Below are positions 37,601 through 43,849 of a stretch of DNA of 64,000 nucleotides, in pieces (positions within the stretch are counted from its first letter, which is position 1; each line of letters opens with the position of its first letter). A program made the translations under genes and the position numbers. The stretch is from Leidyana gryllorum EB-2025a (Eukaryota; Protista; Apicomplexa): positions 124,001-188,000 of the forward strand of contig JBLWGC010000035.1 in NCBI GenBank assembly GCA_048772705.1, in the 5' to 3' direction. Under the pieces are notes generated by a model, which searched no databases, had not been told where the DNA came from, and saw nothing but the letters and a program-made list of their open reading frames with translations.

Positions 37601-38369
37601 TACCCTCAGTAGCACGTCCACCTGCCGCTGCCGTTGTCTCGCGAACGCGAAATGTACACTGATCTGCTGCTGTGGGCCGAATATCCAGTTTGGACACAAT
37701 AGATCGACTTCCAACGCCTCCAAACTCAGCTGTGCCCAAGACAACCGTTGGGGGAGGAAATGCCGCCGCCTCTGACGCCGCTGGACAATCCGCCCCCTTC
37801 AGTGTCACCTGGTGGTGCTGATCTGTCCCATTCCACAGGGCTACAGATTCTGCTGAGTGTACGCGATCCGCATATTGAGGCACAGCTGACGACACAGGTT
37901 TATCAGTGCATTCTAGGTACCCGGGGAAGCCATCTTCGGCGCAAGGGGCGAACTCCATATACAAGCATCGATACGAATCTTTTTCCGTCGCAATTGGAGA
38001 ATTGAGCGAAAGTTCAACCATAGAATGGCTCCGGTCGAAGATCAAGTCCAGCTGTCGGTGAAAGGGTGTGAAGGTTGTAAACTCTACCTTTTGACCAGTT
38101 CTATCCCGCAAATAGCGATAGAAGCAGTTATCATAGCAGTCAACGTAAGCGGAGGATACATCAACATTCCCAGGGATCTGGACGTCCCATATCTTTGGTT
38201 GACAATAAGTCACTCTCTGGGACAATGAATCCGACTGTCGGGGAGTCAAGAGCCATTTCAAGGATCCGAAAAAACCACCTTCGCCAACCAAGTGACGCGA
38301 ACTCAATTGGAAACTGGTACACGTCGTAATAATACTTAGCCAGATTGACCAAATTCTCAAAGATGACAT
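19614..38369 (-). CDS. Giant (6251 aa) polycystin-1-like multi-pass surface protein with PAN/Apple domains
   Basis: Uninterrupted 18,756-bp ORF. Signal peptide, two PAN/Apple Cys patterns, Thr tracts, GPS-like motif, TM at about aa 5067, four further hydrophobic helices at about aa 5970-6140. ORF reality is near certain; the family call is moderate. Confidence 0.8.
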   Translation of the reverse strand: MSSLRIWSIWLSIITTCTSFQLSSRHLVGEGGFFGSLKWLLTPRQSDSLSQRVTYCQPKIWDVQIPGNVDVSSAYVDCYDNCFYRYLRDRTGQKVEFTTFTPFHRQLDLIFDRSHSMVELSLNSPIATEKDSYRCLYMEFAPCAEDGFPGYLECTDKPVSSAVPQYADRVHSAESVALWNGTDQHHQVTLKGADCPAASEAAAFPPPTVVLGTAEFGGVGSRSIVSKLDIRPTAADQCTFRVRETTAAAGGRATEGKPRPIDGIDFFPHPTQSDVWGSVSVKQVASDGIVPLKDCVNWRLVSPPPMNNQTSVHDWLASWLIKHAPTISDNHQFESACAQRIRGRFFTINMALWLGKNQYVPLMSSSAFQLDKGGLLHVPAYEELATALIRLGPEVASESAVEIRVNSYPDKDSTEWLLPADLAPAFSYVSNDTLEIMRSGHQRYIVDVRFEDMLPDTKVVQGDLSVSVANPSPTDHLTVLVAIKSSYVGGPVLWLEDVIPPNTTTAHFELPAIYLNAVNRQVDIFAFLTPETELLQEPFIFALDHPDLLKPSPEDYHHVAFTIQDGRQPDTPFPFFTGKFTDESSTATKLCGPIVLEAVPNFVSTNASAVNVRDADGNVLLEHYALPSLDANNRVSIPICYYSLGQNTTETLRVTTETDLGESTTPLYVQVTDAYETQPFSLTFNLRDTDPRPRRVQGPLTIHPATRIWTDNSYLADRIVVEHHSPNFVRPLFEVRKQELLEEAPDLTRIVSLALETPDQDKIVITPYHGSRRYSSSAIESAFIEDLIHNSPTECVKHGRTLFGEQIPTMEGSPTDYHECLEQCLEIDICAGWAFMPYLTPPQPSATSEKRTHNKVSKRPTTQDQKARCVLFSNVYNAADQEGVISGSMTCAQGAKGDVSNAATELLGLTVGPQPPSLDNLLLLSEPHIVHYSQLPTVGGGANAAGVDFKVSAAVDIAQAKSGLLNVLRVESSIEIVEGDGNNSTRTIPVSGNGVRSVRSLGKEDRIFGLAEERVTIAAQLPMEATDFLLNLDSSSGSCHIVHRVAFGRVPENVWSPEAIVRKRCDEEIKGYKEVGGRKWMVDYESEEKKLRGAVATSAEHDQWATPQTLSRDQGIATSVEDFDMAIYSFKSADHSFTVSFTDKSEQARTNGTSLARVLVNGALMNSYLSPVENSRVSATFSYPQEISGGFTLLLHPTQSHRGMFARSKIRNPLTRHLALFESGEIDVTTSAALFMDQSPEPYIISGTIVVEAPAARSDEALDKDRRPSFTGSYQVFLTDRLRQRHQLTAEGVIADKDGTDRLLIKVPAMSTKMWDESLADSFGIVYHLDHKHRVVTYAPIFDLVKDSLPKSSRRLTIFHPDIYADTNMDWDRYGFYIRYNFVDWKTHPKLPKGYAIWLAPKGSLTNVIRLFASVEILGVVQHETYVDRINCDFAPDPAFLSMGGLILSCPDLPFPSRSFKSPFNFNFLTPDQSRTPVELVLGTRDEFNHLTIQLHFEIIDNYFSFRAGVRAWEMGADIALEATSAIFRDRTMADRSPRADQIQVCDQSWTLVLTPRDWIHGTCSRTLNFTIPHPVRGVRKYVPSSQEFKTFLLSEEDAPEARPSNLVGTVYDYIAHEDACFEARFDPSSMQQNQWQRSYAYSRDRGFSNGRIEPQEIDRRTYPLERGKFSDTSCRARCDTLRIHCSFFTLDFVKRPYPFTDSTIICHIWGYMEEKALKRFEERPLRPGIRTGPHWELEGEITKSFICTKGKYRKVFRPSMINFRDVDMRPGHIWGALNVVESTEDGRLEKEDIEAYDMFMVGDDTDPSTSTMTSAIYLGWVDRAYYHRTPGDWTGSMRFAVDVDAHNQYRIYAVPRSHDNVLRHIVSVEFRDNAFVYTPETIKQITKSADYESDHRNGVVDDRLPLEFERAVGVTQFLCFPTKSTHKALSRMKLNFPTSADSAEIFFKALGHRCQIPAARYHSGHHSASLLYVSTGETEPSLAAPTQRSPMMSRDILGFYDIYGSDRQKMNPLPPVQTPPGVLAHSASLMETVGLSGAKNEELADTSPTIFTAFDNEFAQSGYGGVLLVRDEFLRMSEYERTSLSLQPPLVRVFNNHPDVWLRETDDYPAGERGDVALRGSRGHYTPKSPDPLVGELIVEGERSIKLNITAPTQTWTCPAGEYVVRIRRRRTSYSSVLGKILVGMGPEDPSRYTFELPIQVAADHYTLLRSHGEWVIELCNAEAYHKASLVTVVRSRKEWQQGINNNCFRLKIQSQSPLFDAMRPGSLRSRQLRQAAREKSQQLFTFDQIALAPSRSVLWPAVKSRPLWETEFEISSTNRLEDYGDGDEPDFNRLLRFSVCPDSHHNLEFDRGLYDCREQEEDTLERTSTTMEAEFCRLYLSCTEALAARRKNTTAYQHTMQWRDLRRFNNTWRVRGLVTSLPAYTRSLFIADGSGKVSLLRTLEDEQRLLKNTDIIETRPLITPRPKRPLTHQVSCTFDLSPDTDPRPRSISTLATIHLRSPVAYGDTPPKQVWMILNGGKQQELLRAHSVNATDEFVTSTFTYPLVNLTPDELRGQRFSMSISGVFARSDQGTTATDFAVHCDREGAAVSSSPPGAAANSSTMSSNIRRRPAALKTGGSLIGDQIVEVRFDEELSYFRNLEPKSGAVGGPVLLRMVSDGPLPTDPMDIECFKTPAGGNLATLIPVARQTIPPPDTPFFNATLQIPTGSVRKPRSVPNTEALTCTLLWHDWLVSRIVLPLTSTAVSEFDRSGNMKPTIAYNTVSDLNGLKMESGEGMTNIAYRTGDFGAFHGFSYYNKSAPDVEDIAPLESHLLMTWPSDSAPRWSLIGNALLIPCSQKGFWFTIGLKASPHSDVETFTPPCGELLDVARDTEGWLLMVNGMPVISVGSQAQTEDDVVLETGLVPLANTLSSSTGNLRMTVEGDADGLRTRAKPISLTVGYSDSVEDPELLYDPHQICPTTVGHISKFPNRVHTAQSVGCPEYIGTEGSVGLIRRLPDDGWSRLSVDIGGVLHETVTNHPTVTGFTRAPFKLFATVHDLDSRWGWIKPNVTLDLVDTIGNRDLPEPNLIALNVTISSINGATVTLPLTATPANSSMTSRRRYTARALDLLFIPHHSVVQVVLDQTFASKYGLDVSSATSVSELIDLWTLPHVPVRSMSELSRLDKVEGLRLSVQNSNVQLHFNRGQSPLPYFPQTADLIITPDDMIEKQQIASTVKKDEAFVGPWPFTEDPLGSVPRSWTSLRLQLVGALPNGAKVMLSDLRVPREQIMEFDLITEADLDDTEAEDEHVCSSVGVRQENNTLAIYHLGSEPHPTKVLLGYNTSSVFLPKHIVNIKNLPQTRATLWHLGDDKRKNSVLTYAVEKLMESDEESADSEEQHSPPVFMACGIVLPDGPLSYKSSRGLNWLPESDRGRTLSLLRDIEVWAPLLWTIEHSQPKLSTPQLCRELHSRVRDRLVDRYGPVAYLRQERLPWTEILMPVIQQLITEKCEIRLGRNMMHWIALPDPTLLNSVGFYLPFVHSPATPLRSLPGESDESLNVTDAVLHTAIARSAKFPMEATDLMMLGVPVCPTLRFFSPSLNDIRATIESQRCYSLTGAESLLGAQHPDVLSQLCLVMRRNHLLFRGYLSDEAVLNFHSAVGRVGFSCSKSGYLLRQLSAAEMSEPVTPTTEVPIVTWEQFIDPDNTGGIARERFATALNLLYPHQDGSGGDDHWTDPLWDDILVEVATAVGEAQTAPRRQTRANRRSEAKAPPSAPRESTPQAAVVHSTTEAVNTAEEPEAPLRRLFDPFSGAKAWYKSWKKKPGRTSAPKGNDATTSTTTTTTTTTTTTTTPTGPLQPQSLETAAHPAVPTNGQTGDAEAFEEEMNDGILSQGAVMPGSEQTAELESDIEKKKKTTTTMAEPRRTTALSTSPPRMMTRSTTTSTSSTTTTTTERVSDADWVTFEEIDHLMDFQRSFGPAAEVIEAVNVRWNSEFNRVWVTYRAGSDPDRRTLALPQRPARLYGATVTSSARGGDAIDEAYWDLPVGVPPPSHVLYEGSDGLTGFRVIDNGGRAFNPEGLVADLTHLSPSFLGLRLGVTEAEIPSEAQKIDWEWKCDQIQSIDHSRLCQYLSVHSSVEGRHLHIKVPLEFIEALAVYQSSEFADHPFIRIRATDVRSIDAYIEANLNLRPVYPYLSISGIRPSFSNSAVANGRTAVAAAAHNTAKLTTYCSQSVIENLAPISLSEEERRSSSVLCVNRNMANETLWDIDSLKSEILRAPGEVCCVLPLNARAGGAAKQSPGSASERLAVGSMLYWSWYGLERNPKMESITYRSPKHDVYRATLQQHPEDVEEVISGKPGEGNAVAALNPRPSVGGSASGPSNVQRLPPPLRLMGSGKLATITTRKSPRAPRLPLCPMELVLYSPQVSKPGILDVPCSEVSVRGDVLVTSIEKPFSSFADLARDVYKRETLRSFDGRATYGWLRSKYSPFMRLPLNGLIQVEIEPYATVVASHDPQMSWSVAMRLRTDFLSEQMANRRIDWYTNGKTLLKSDVGVGDWTSIWPIPLAPHQGGSKKGSKEALHKYGIGGGKSRTFELRPAGDEETVLLRIIDLSDTENALMLTDIEIMEWMNPVNVTHLSEHQHERLYQTLIGAAEGKGAETLQSRDTRTDTELQAQHALFEDYLDNLCLKQRESVLSALQREGTRVNQLFGQEVYHLGEGGDEPPPPRDSDIGASARLLKLVEGQRPRVSSDVLYPLLEKAQQQDLPLPRGVQEGYERLKYLAKLVDARMQIKHDIAVGDWIPLHAWVVKAGEDDANLHEDLVEEMKMDPLHPLNRLNPITLFHYTADTTLVEDPNMIVNGAAAVAELAAGSTTLSGTLVSQPPKSKRESRGLIRRSLAAASEKSHVSEVLVFLQREIPLSEDDLKKLIYFVEEILKSYVRSRVVDFKFGELPLKQFLRVRTGSFNPPSTETTCSIVNIRLNGDHWSSEPPSDVVTIKDVLAGDSRNFDRVIATMQCSVPYRSNRNGPHPHGFSDFVINMDAKALGLSVRSVVTEIYFDTYGLLSSVSPALFPQRVALLAKDAIKQTMNLAIVTFIAIAVLLLRYPAGGVVRHLKSRALIRKDPYNGRSLVAAARFCPSIFQLGADRMGVRQKDFGNTTFSAITNLQSTANEEALASAASEHQNRVAYRVSRHLGGKIKILEPWEIAVLAGADVYARSTEAYVTIDMKSGTRAVYKHYNRIKRRNAVVWAETTARLSTRHLQIQQQSMTISPKERSVHTLEPLGAVRVCLQRITKKNSAKAKKKSARPKGRKAAGTKSHPEYLCWFGPETQEICFLPIDLFESLSLMSLEAKILSQCAPAFGLIALPLLDLKLDLWVDNLQRHTLGGSSMSTEFRLQPPPGDNSGRLNLTVPSNRKNSSPCVFELTAERFETLEGLYTYALQAQTYLEMKLSLGDAPTAGTPEVDNAGERWIKARTLLDLEKPATPSPTLKRVTLPFTASTCLFEERFPTNVFLSEAVSRDGIREEVICVECRMPKPHETAAAQLQLCGIPTSSTNFHARDVFRADEDDSMTFDSRPKVLRLAGDPMRVLEPKDTDFQLEDLAATLGLPPAPVPPVDPLFGPPAMVTRAIATASATMTITELPHQLSLTAPAENDSIPPEIRLNSAGEEVEADDVSSIGEFDEDPENPPDNSRRLAMTLNTKIDGSIFPIQKRRQRLADLRELRVADERVVGVQDAMLCTYDGEQLGATQSQPVMLNHLPPMALHTQTQSRAHTQQQQGAHLGASFHQHHTGAMTCSTIRVEETDCGTVLSPYRLVQKDPADLLRQLGVVPFWPTPTLQTCPAGWQSGEKINCLTIPLSCITAMRLSSRPFFNNPRSSMPSPASCLHALYPYTLSITLNNCAEVKLGWPTAEGAQRTHDLLLPRLNYPLYPQPPPPAPLQKLLPTMQVDPDTIQPNFSPSIVRLVAALQKVCHRRWWSLLGSMSRSLHPLQPHFKDPAIRVAHLVEPIMEAQILCLIQVACAATFISALIAPTARMGVGHVSLPHLSFGCTLAAVICLRLLMRYCSFDPKPEDRYTDSDGLLAHILYQQRKQRFKIAEFIVTSTAFNCFCLCLIFYLGGAFPVIHGALRVIILSALLNWAIIPITQSLTVILAFKLTQKLPALLTHPIIFTCLIPPLIRTYAPPISGPLLAAANRLSLEAKNKRIYHEFLAHCCQDATTARDPYAVITTTTTTAAPPAASSSRHLTQPYDNLKMSTSSPLRFDQIDRLRLQL
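26869..26925 (-). repeat. Poly-Thr (mucin-like) coding tract
   Basis: Mixed ACG/ACA/ACT/ACC codons encode ATTSTTTTTTTTTTTTTP. A second Thr-rich tract lies at about 26570-26690. Confidence 0.85.
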
Positions 38370-38524
38370 GATGTTCTAGTACGCCCGTCTCGCCAGAAAT
38401 GCTTGATCAAAGTTTCCAGATCGGTGGTCGTGAAAATGAGTAACGCGGGAAGCAAATAACCAAGCACAATCCAATCAATATAAGTATTATATCGTCAGTT
38501 TTGTCGTTGTCGGAAAACCACACA

Positions 38525-40897
38525 TTAAGCACTCTTCCGATTTGCAGAAAGAATAGCTTCTCTGATCTCCTTGAACCTAGCCAAGCACTCACGTGCTGTT
38601 TTGCCTGGTACATCGGCGGCAATTTCTGGCGTAGTAAAACCCGTACAAGAGAATCAACACTGTAACACAACTCACTCTGCCACCGCTGTTGTGGATTCGA
38701 CGGATCAGGCGGATGCCTTGCCAACGCTTGCTCCAAAGCCTACCGAGCACACATGTGTGTGCGATCAGATGAACAAGCACTTGGAGGGCAACGAACTTAC
38801 AGTTTGCTGCTCGCCAGTCCAGTCTGTCACTGTAGAGGGGTCACGTCTGTCCAATGGCGCGTCTACGCGCTTCTTCTCCTCAGGAATCCGTTTCTGGCTC
38901 ATCTCAAATGCAGCCTTGGGATCAGAGGTAGGAACTACATTGGACGCGGTCTTGAGGTTCTTAGCCTCGTTCAACACCCGCGCCTGGGCGATAACCTATC
39001 CAGACGACCATAACAGTTTAGACAACATTGCGTGCAAACCATACATCGTCAGCAGTGAAATCGCTTCCCAACATCTGAGCTATCTTGGCCCACCGATTGG
39101 GAGTTCCACCAGGGAAGCGCACCAATCCTTTGGATAATGTGGACAACTCCTCCGGAGTCCATGTGTGAGCGGCCTTGACATCAGAAGGCGGTGCCGCTGG
39201 GCTCTCCGTCTGAGGAGGATGGAAGAGAAAGTCAAGTTGCAGTCCCGGTTGGTTGGTGTCCTTACCTTGGGAGTGAATGTGCTCTTGTAGCGGGACGCAT
39301 TCCATTCCGACATTATTCTGCGGATCATCCTGGCCACTTCTTGGCAGACAGCGGGATTTTCAACTGGGGTAGCGTCTGCGACCAAGGCCAATAGCTCTTC
39401 GGCCATCTTGGTCAAGAAGGTCATATTCGCCTGTACACAGAAATCCTGCAGATCATCAGCAGTGAACTCGCAGATGGTACCAGTCTCCTGGCACCACGGA
39501 CGATAGATTCCACGGATTTTCTTGCGCAGCTCCTGCACGTGACGTTTCTCTTGCCGTTTGGCTTCGGCAGCCGCCTTGGCAGCTGCTTCCTCAGCAGCCT
39601 TGGCCTCCTCTGCTGCTTTGCGCTGCTCTTCCTTAGCTGCCCGCTGAGCTGCGTGGAGGTTGGCCTGGCGAGCTGCCTTGGCCTGCTCCTTCTTGAGTCG
39701 CTCGGCCTCTTTCTCAGCAATAATGCGAGGATCTCTGCACAAAAGGTCATCTCAAAAACACATTTAGCGACCAATATACATAACAAGGCAGGGTGATGGA
39801 TGAAAACTCCCGTCAAAACAGGCATCGGCTGTATCGATTTAGAAAGTTGCCCGGTCCAAATCCTTCAACCGGGAAGACGGAGTGAGAGAAGAGGGAGTAG
39901 CGCACGGCATTGCAATAATTATTTACACCAACGTCCACAATGAAATGGAAGTTCAGCTTACTTTGACTCAGCCATAGTGACGAACTTGAGTACTCGTTGG
40001 CGTTCCTGTTTGACGTACTTGGAGACAATCTTCCAGTTTTCCTTCTGCATCCAGCGACGCTCTTCACGGTCCTGAGCCTCTTCGAGCTCGAATTCACCGT
40101 GATTACTAAAGTCGCGCCATGAGACAAACTCCTCTAGCCAAAACTTGTAGAACTTGCGGACTTGCTCTAGCGGTGTGGACATGTCTCCCAGATCCGGAAC
40201 TGGCTTGGCAGACGACCATTTGGCCTCCTTTTTAAAGGCGGGGCCGCAAACCTCGAAGAAGTTATCGGAGTTTACCTCATTCGCCGAAGGGAGCTCATCA
40301 TCGAAAGGCAAAGAAGAATCGAACTGACGTCTTGTAGTCTCGTCCATGAGGATTTCAAACGCATTCTGAATGCCCAGGAAGTGCTGCTTGATGGCTTCAT
40401 CCGTCATCCCGGATGGGTCAGGCCAAGCACCTTTTTCGGAGGACCCAGCCGTGCGTTTGTCCGGGTGGAAAATGAGAGCCAGCTTCTTGTATTGACGCTT
40501 CAGGTCATCGGCTGATGCAGAGGGATCCGAGCAGAGCAGTCTGAACCGAAGGGAAGTTGCAAAATTCACTCATCGCTGCAACTCACCCATAAAGATCCTC
40601 CTGGTCTTCGATGGCCTTCCGAACCCGCGCACTGATAGAAGAAGAGTCTTTGAACCCCTTTTTCTTCTTGTTCGTCTGGGAAACAGGGTCGTTGTCCTCT
40701 TCAGAGGCAGAAAGTTGGGCGTCGAGGGTTGGGGTGGACGCTTTGGTGGTGGTCAGTGCTTCTTTCTCATAGCGTTCGTAAAAGCTGATACCAGCTTGCT
40801 CCATCCGCGCCCGGACGCTCGACCATACGCCGATGAACTGGTCCGTTTCCGCTACATAGTGGGCCGGAACCGGGGGCAGACTCAACATGACCACCAT
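38525..40897 (-). CDS. DNAJC2: Zuotin/DNAJC2 (MPP11) ribosome-associated J protein
   Basis: J domain with LIFHPDK. ZHD FYKFW..F.SWRDF...AQDREERRWMQKEN and DPRI. Two SANT domains (WTPEEL..L.KG..RFPGGTPNRW; WTGEQQ...RW..IAADVPGKT..ECLARFKEI). Stop TAA 38527-38525. Confidence 0.93.
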
Positions 40898-41437
40898 CGC
40901 GCCCCCAAGTTTTCTGAGGCGTAAAAAATACTTCTACTGCGATGCAGATGCTCGCTCAGGTGGTCCAACCCAAATTGCCCCAAGATGAACCTGCCATCCT
41001 TCTTCGGGTATGGGTTGCACTGATCGTGCTGTTGATGGGTAGTTTGCATATATTTTACCGCAAAAGGGTCAATCGACGACGTGCCAAGTAAGAGGGAATG
41101 AATAATGTCTGTCACTTGGTGAACCACAGAGAAACTCGAGTGTACGGAGCTTGAAAAGAAAGCATGGCTTCCCTTACGCCTGAAATAACGTCAAGTCGCT
41201 GGCTCGACCGCACCGCCTGCAAAGACCTCCTAGCCACCAAACATCAACGACCATCAGTCCAGTCGACAACCTTCAGCCAGGACAATGAACAGTCCATCCC
41301 ACCAGATGAAGAGCTAACCCAGACACCCGTGAATCCCAGTACCAGCAACATATCTCAGAGAATCGTCCAACGTCAAAAAGCAGATACTTATCCCTATGTG
41401 CTGTCCAGACAGCACGAGATCACTCAATACCTGTAAG

Positions 41438-41457
41438 GTTGCACACGTGTGTGCAAC
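41438..41457. promoter_or_regulatory. Inverted repeat GTTGCACAC-gt-GTGTGCAAC
   Basis: 9-bp perfect arms filling the gap between the stop at 41436 and the ATG at 41458. Confidence 0.5.
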
Positions 41458-42192
41458 ATGGGAGGAGACGCGCTACTTCCCTCTCCCTTCACCAACCCTT
41501 ATTTCCTCGCACCATATCTATGCCGGCACTTGACGCTAGACGGCTTGGCTCACCTAACAGCTGTGTCCAAGTCGTATGCAAAAGCGCTCCAACAACCGGG
41601 CGTTTGGGCAATTTCCTCCGGCCGGCCAGTGGATTCGCCACCCCCAAATCTACCAGGACCGCGCTGGTTACAATTATATTTCCACTTCTTCGTCATCGGA
41701 ACACCATACCGGGTTGCCGATTTGCAACTGGCTTCAGATAGTCGTTTTGGCCCTTTGGCCATAAGTGAGATGGAAACTATGTCCCCAGCCCTCCCAGAAT
41801 TGTCGGTCCTCAGCGATGCGCTTGAAACTAAGGTGCCAGCGGGTCAGAGTCTACTATTGTCACGTCAGTGTCATCATATGACGTTTGAGGTCTCAGTCGT
41901 TGCCAACCACCCGTTGATCACGCGCTTCCGACAAGCTTTATGCCAAACAACGCACATACAGGCCTGTGCCCTCTCCAATCGATCCCAGTTGATGACCGCG
42001 GACTTGCTACGTTGGACTGCGAGGACATTGACTCCTAATGTGTGGGAGAAGCTCGAGATACCAAGACCTCAGGTTATCGTAGATCGCACAAAAACCTCCG
42101 TGAACCCTCATTGGTGGTTGAGTGGATGGGCGATCCTCCTTGAACCGTACATCACATATCATTGGCGTTCAGGATCCGAGTTTCTCCAATAG
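41458..42192 (+). CDS. F-box-like protein
   Basis: N-terminal LAPYLCRHLTLDGLAHLTAVSKSYAKALQQPGVW matches F-box spacing. The start could lie upstream (ORF 41164-41436). Confidence 0.55.
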   Translation: MGGDALLPSPFTNPYFLAPYLCRHLTLDGLAHLTAVSKSYAKALQQPGVWAISSGRPVDSPPPNLPGPRWLQLYFHFFVIGTPYRVADLQLASDSRFGPLAISEMETMSPALPELSVLSDALETKVPAGQSLLLSRQCHHMTFEVSVVANHPLITRFRQALCQTTHIQACALSNRSQLMTADLLRWTARTLTPNVWEKLEIPRPQVIVDRTKTSVNPHWWLSGWAILLEPYITYHWRSGSEFLQ

Positions 42193-43768
42193 GACTTCAC
42201 AATACTGCGCCACAGCGACCAATGCTACATATCGTTCCATTTTAACGACTCACCTCGTGATACTTCCGGACTTCCTCCTCCAGCTTCTCAATCTCATTCC
42301 CTTTCTTCTGCAGTTCCTGTGTCAACCGTTCATTGGCCTGAAAGATGATCGGCTGAGATTACAAGGAGTTGGTGTGGAAGCTCTCACCGCCTCCAGTTCG
42401 GCCTCTCTCCTGCCCCGCATATGTTCGCCACCTCTAATTGACCCTCGTCCGTCCTCTCTGTGATGCACGATAAGGGGATGAGTGATAGGAAGGTTCTAGC
42501 AGTGTGTCTTCGTCCCTACCGTTTCCCTCCATGTTGTGCTTGATCGAGTTGCTGGAGCAGCTTGTGCCTTTCTGTGGCTAGACGACCATTCTCGTCTTCC
42601 AAACGTCGCAGCTTTAGGCTCATTGTGTTCAGCTATGTGTGTTATAGTTGAGACAATATCCCACCGAATTAGAGTAATTCACCTCTTTTTCACTCGGCAG
42701 ACTCTTGGTCTGCTCTCGAAGCCGTTCGAGTTCGACTTGTTGAGAGTGCACGAGACTCTGAGCTTCATAAAGATCACTCTCTGCTGTCTATCAACGGCAC
42801 AGGAGTGTAACATGTCCGGGAGAGTAAGGAAATTGTACTGTACCTTCATCTTTGCGGAGACTGTATCCAGTTCGGCCTTGATACGATCGCGATCATCCTG
42901 ACACTCTTTGATATGAGTCTGAAAGGAGAGAGCGGAGGTAGCAAGTCGGGGCTGGGTTGCTACCTTGGCTCGCGCTTTGAGGCTGTAATATCGCTTCTCA
43001 AAGGTGGTGATCGCATCTCTGTGCATCTCAACCTGTTGACATTGGCCAAGAGTAGTCGACTGTGGAGTCTCACATCACTAAGGTGGCTGGCTTCTCTGAG
43101 GCGTGCCGAGTCTAGGAGTCGTTCGAGTTCTCTGACTGTGATACGTAGGCTGAGAGACTCGTTGACAGTGTAGTTTCTGCTGTGGTCGAGGAGATGGCAG
43201 TATGCTGTGAGAGATGTCTTTGTTAGTTGATGTTCCTTACTGAGTATTTCTTCACAGAGGTTGGCGAGATCGACATATTTGTCTTGGATGAGTGTGGGTT
43301 CAGTGTTGGCTAAGGGTTCTTTAGCGGGTGCGTCGCGCTGTTTAGCGCGTCTGGAGGCAGTTGTTCTCGTGTTTGGTGGGTTTGGGTTGTGATCGTCATC
43401 GAGGACGAGTCTAGGAGAGTGTGTACCGGAAACTGCCTACTGGAGAAGATGTGTATGCTGTGTAAAGGCTCTCACTGTAATTTCACGTGAAGTGCCTCCA
43501 GTGTGGCCAGGGATGGGTTTAGCACGGGTTGAGTTGACGTTGAGTTGGGGGGCAGTGGGTCCTGTCGGCGGTTGTTGTGAAGGGACGCCATCAGTGGCTT
43601 TGATAGGTGCCGCGCCTTTCCGCTTTAGATTGGCCCTTATCTCTTCGATGGTGAGATTGCGCTTGGACTATACATGAGTGATAATTCACACACAATATTC
43701 ACACTGCTCACAGTGGTGTTACTGTAATTGTAGTTCTCCCCATTATCTGGTTGTGGGAGATCGGCCAT
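42169..43768 (-). CDS. Coiled-coil protein with TACC-like C-terminus (multi-exon)
   Basis: Spliced model MADLPQPDNGRTTIT|SKRNLTIEEIR..., heptad-rich exons, and C-terminus NEIEKLEEEVRKYHE|YCEVLLEKLGS* (TGA 42171-42169). Confidence 0.55.
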
Positions 43769-43849
43769 TACGAAGTGAAATTCTGCACACAAGAGGTAGC
43801 CGAGGGGAAATTATTTGTTTGCAGAGCGCAGTGGTTCGTCGTCTGTCCA

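Noticed and set aside
19849-38352. Many short ORFs antisense or out of frame within the giant ORF
   Set aside because: Expected shadow ORFs in moderately GC-rich coding DNA, with no motifs.
40942-41436. Small multi-exon gene or ORF 41164-41436 joined to the F-box gene
   Set aside because: The donor near 41433 is phase 2 while nearby acceptors are phase 1, and there is no recognisable product.
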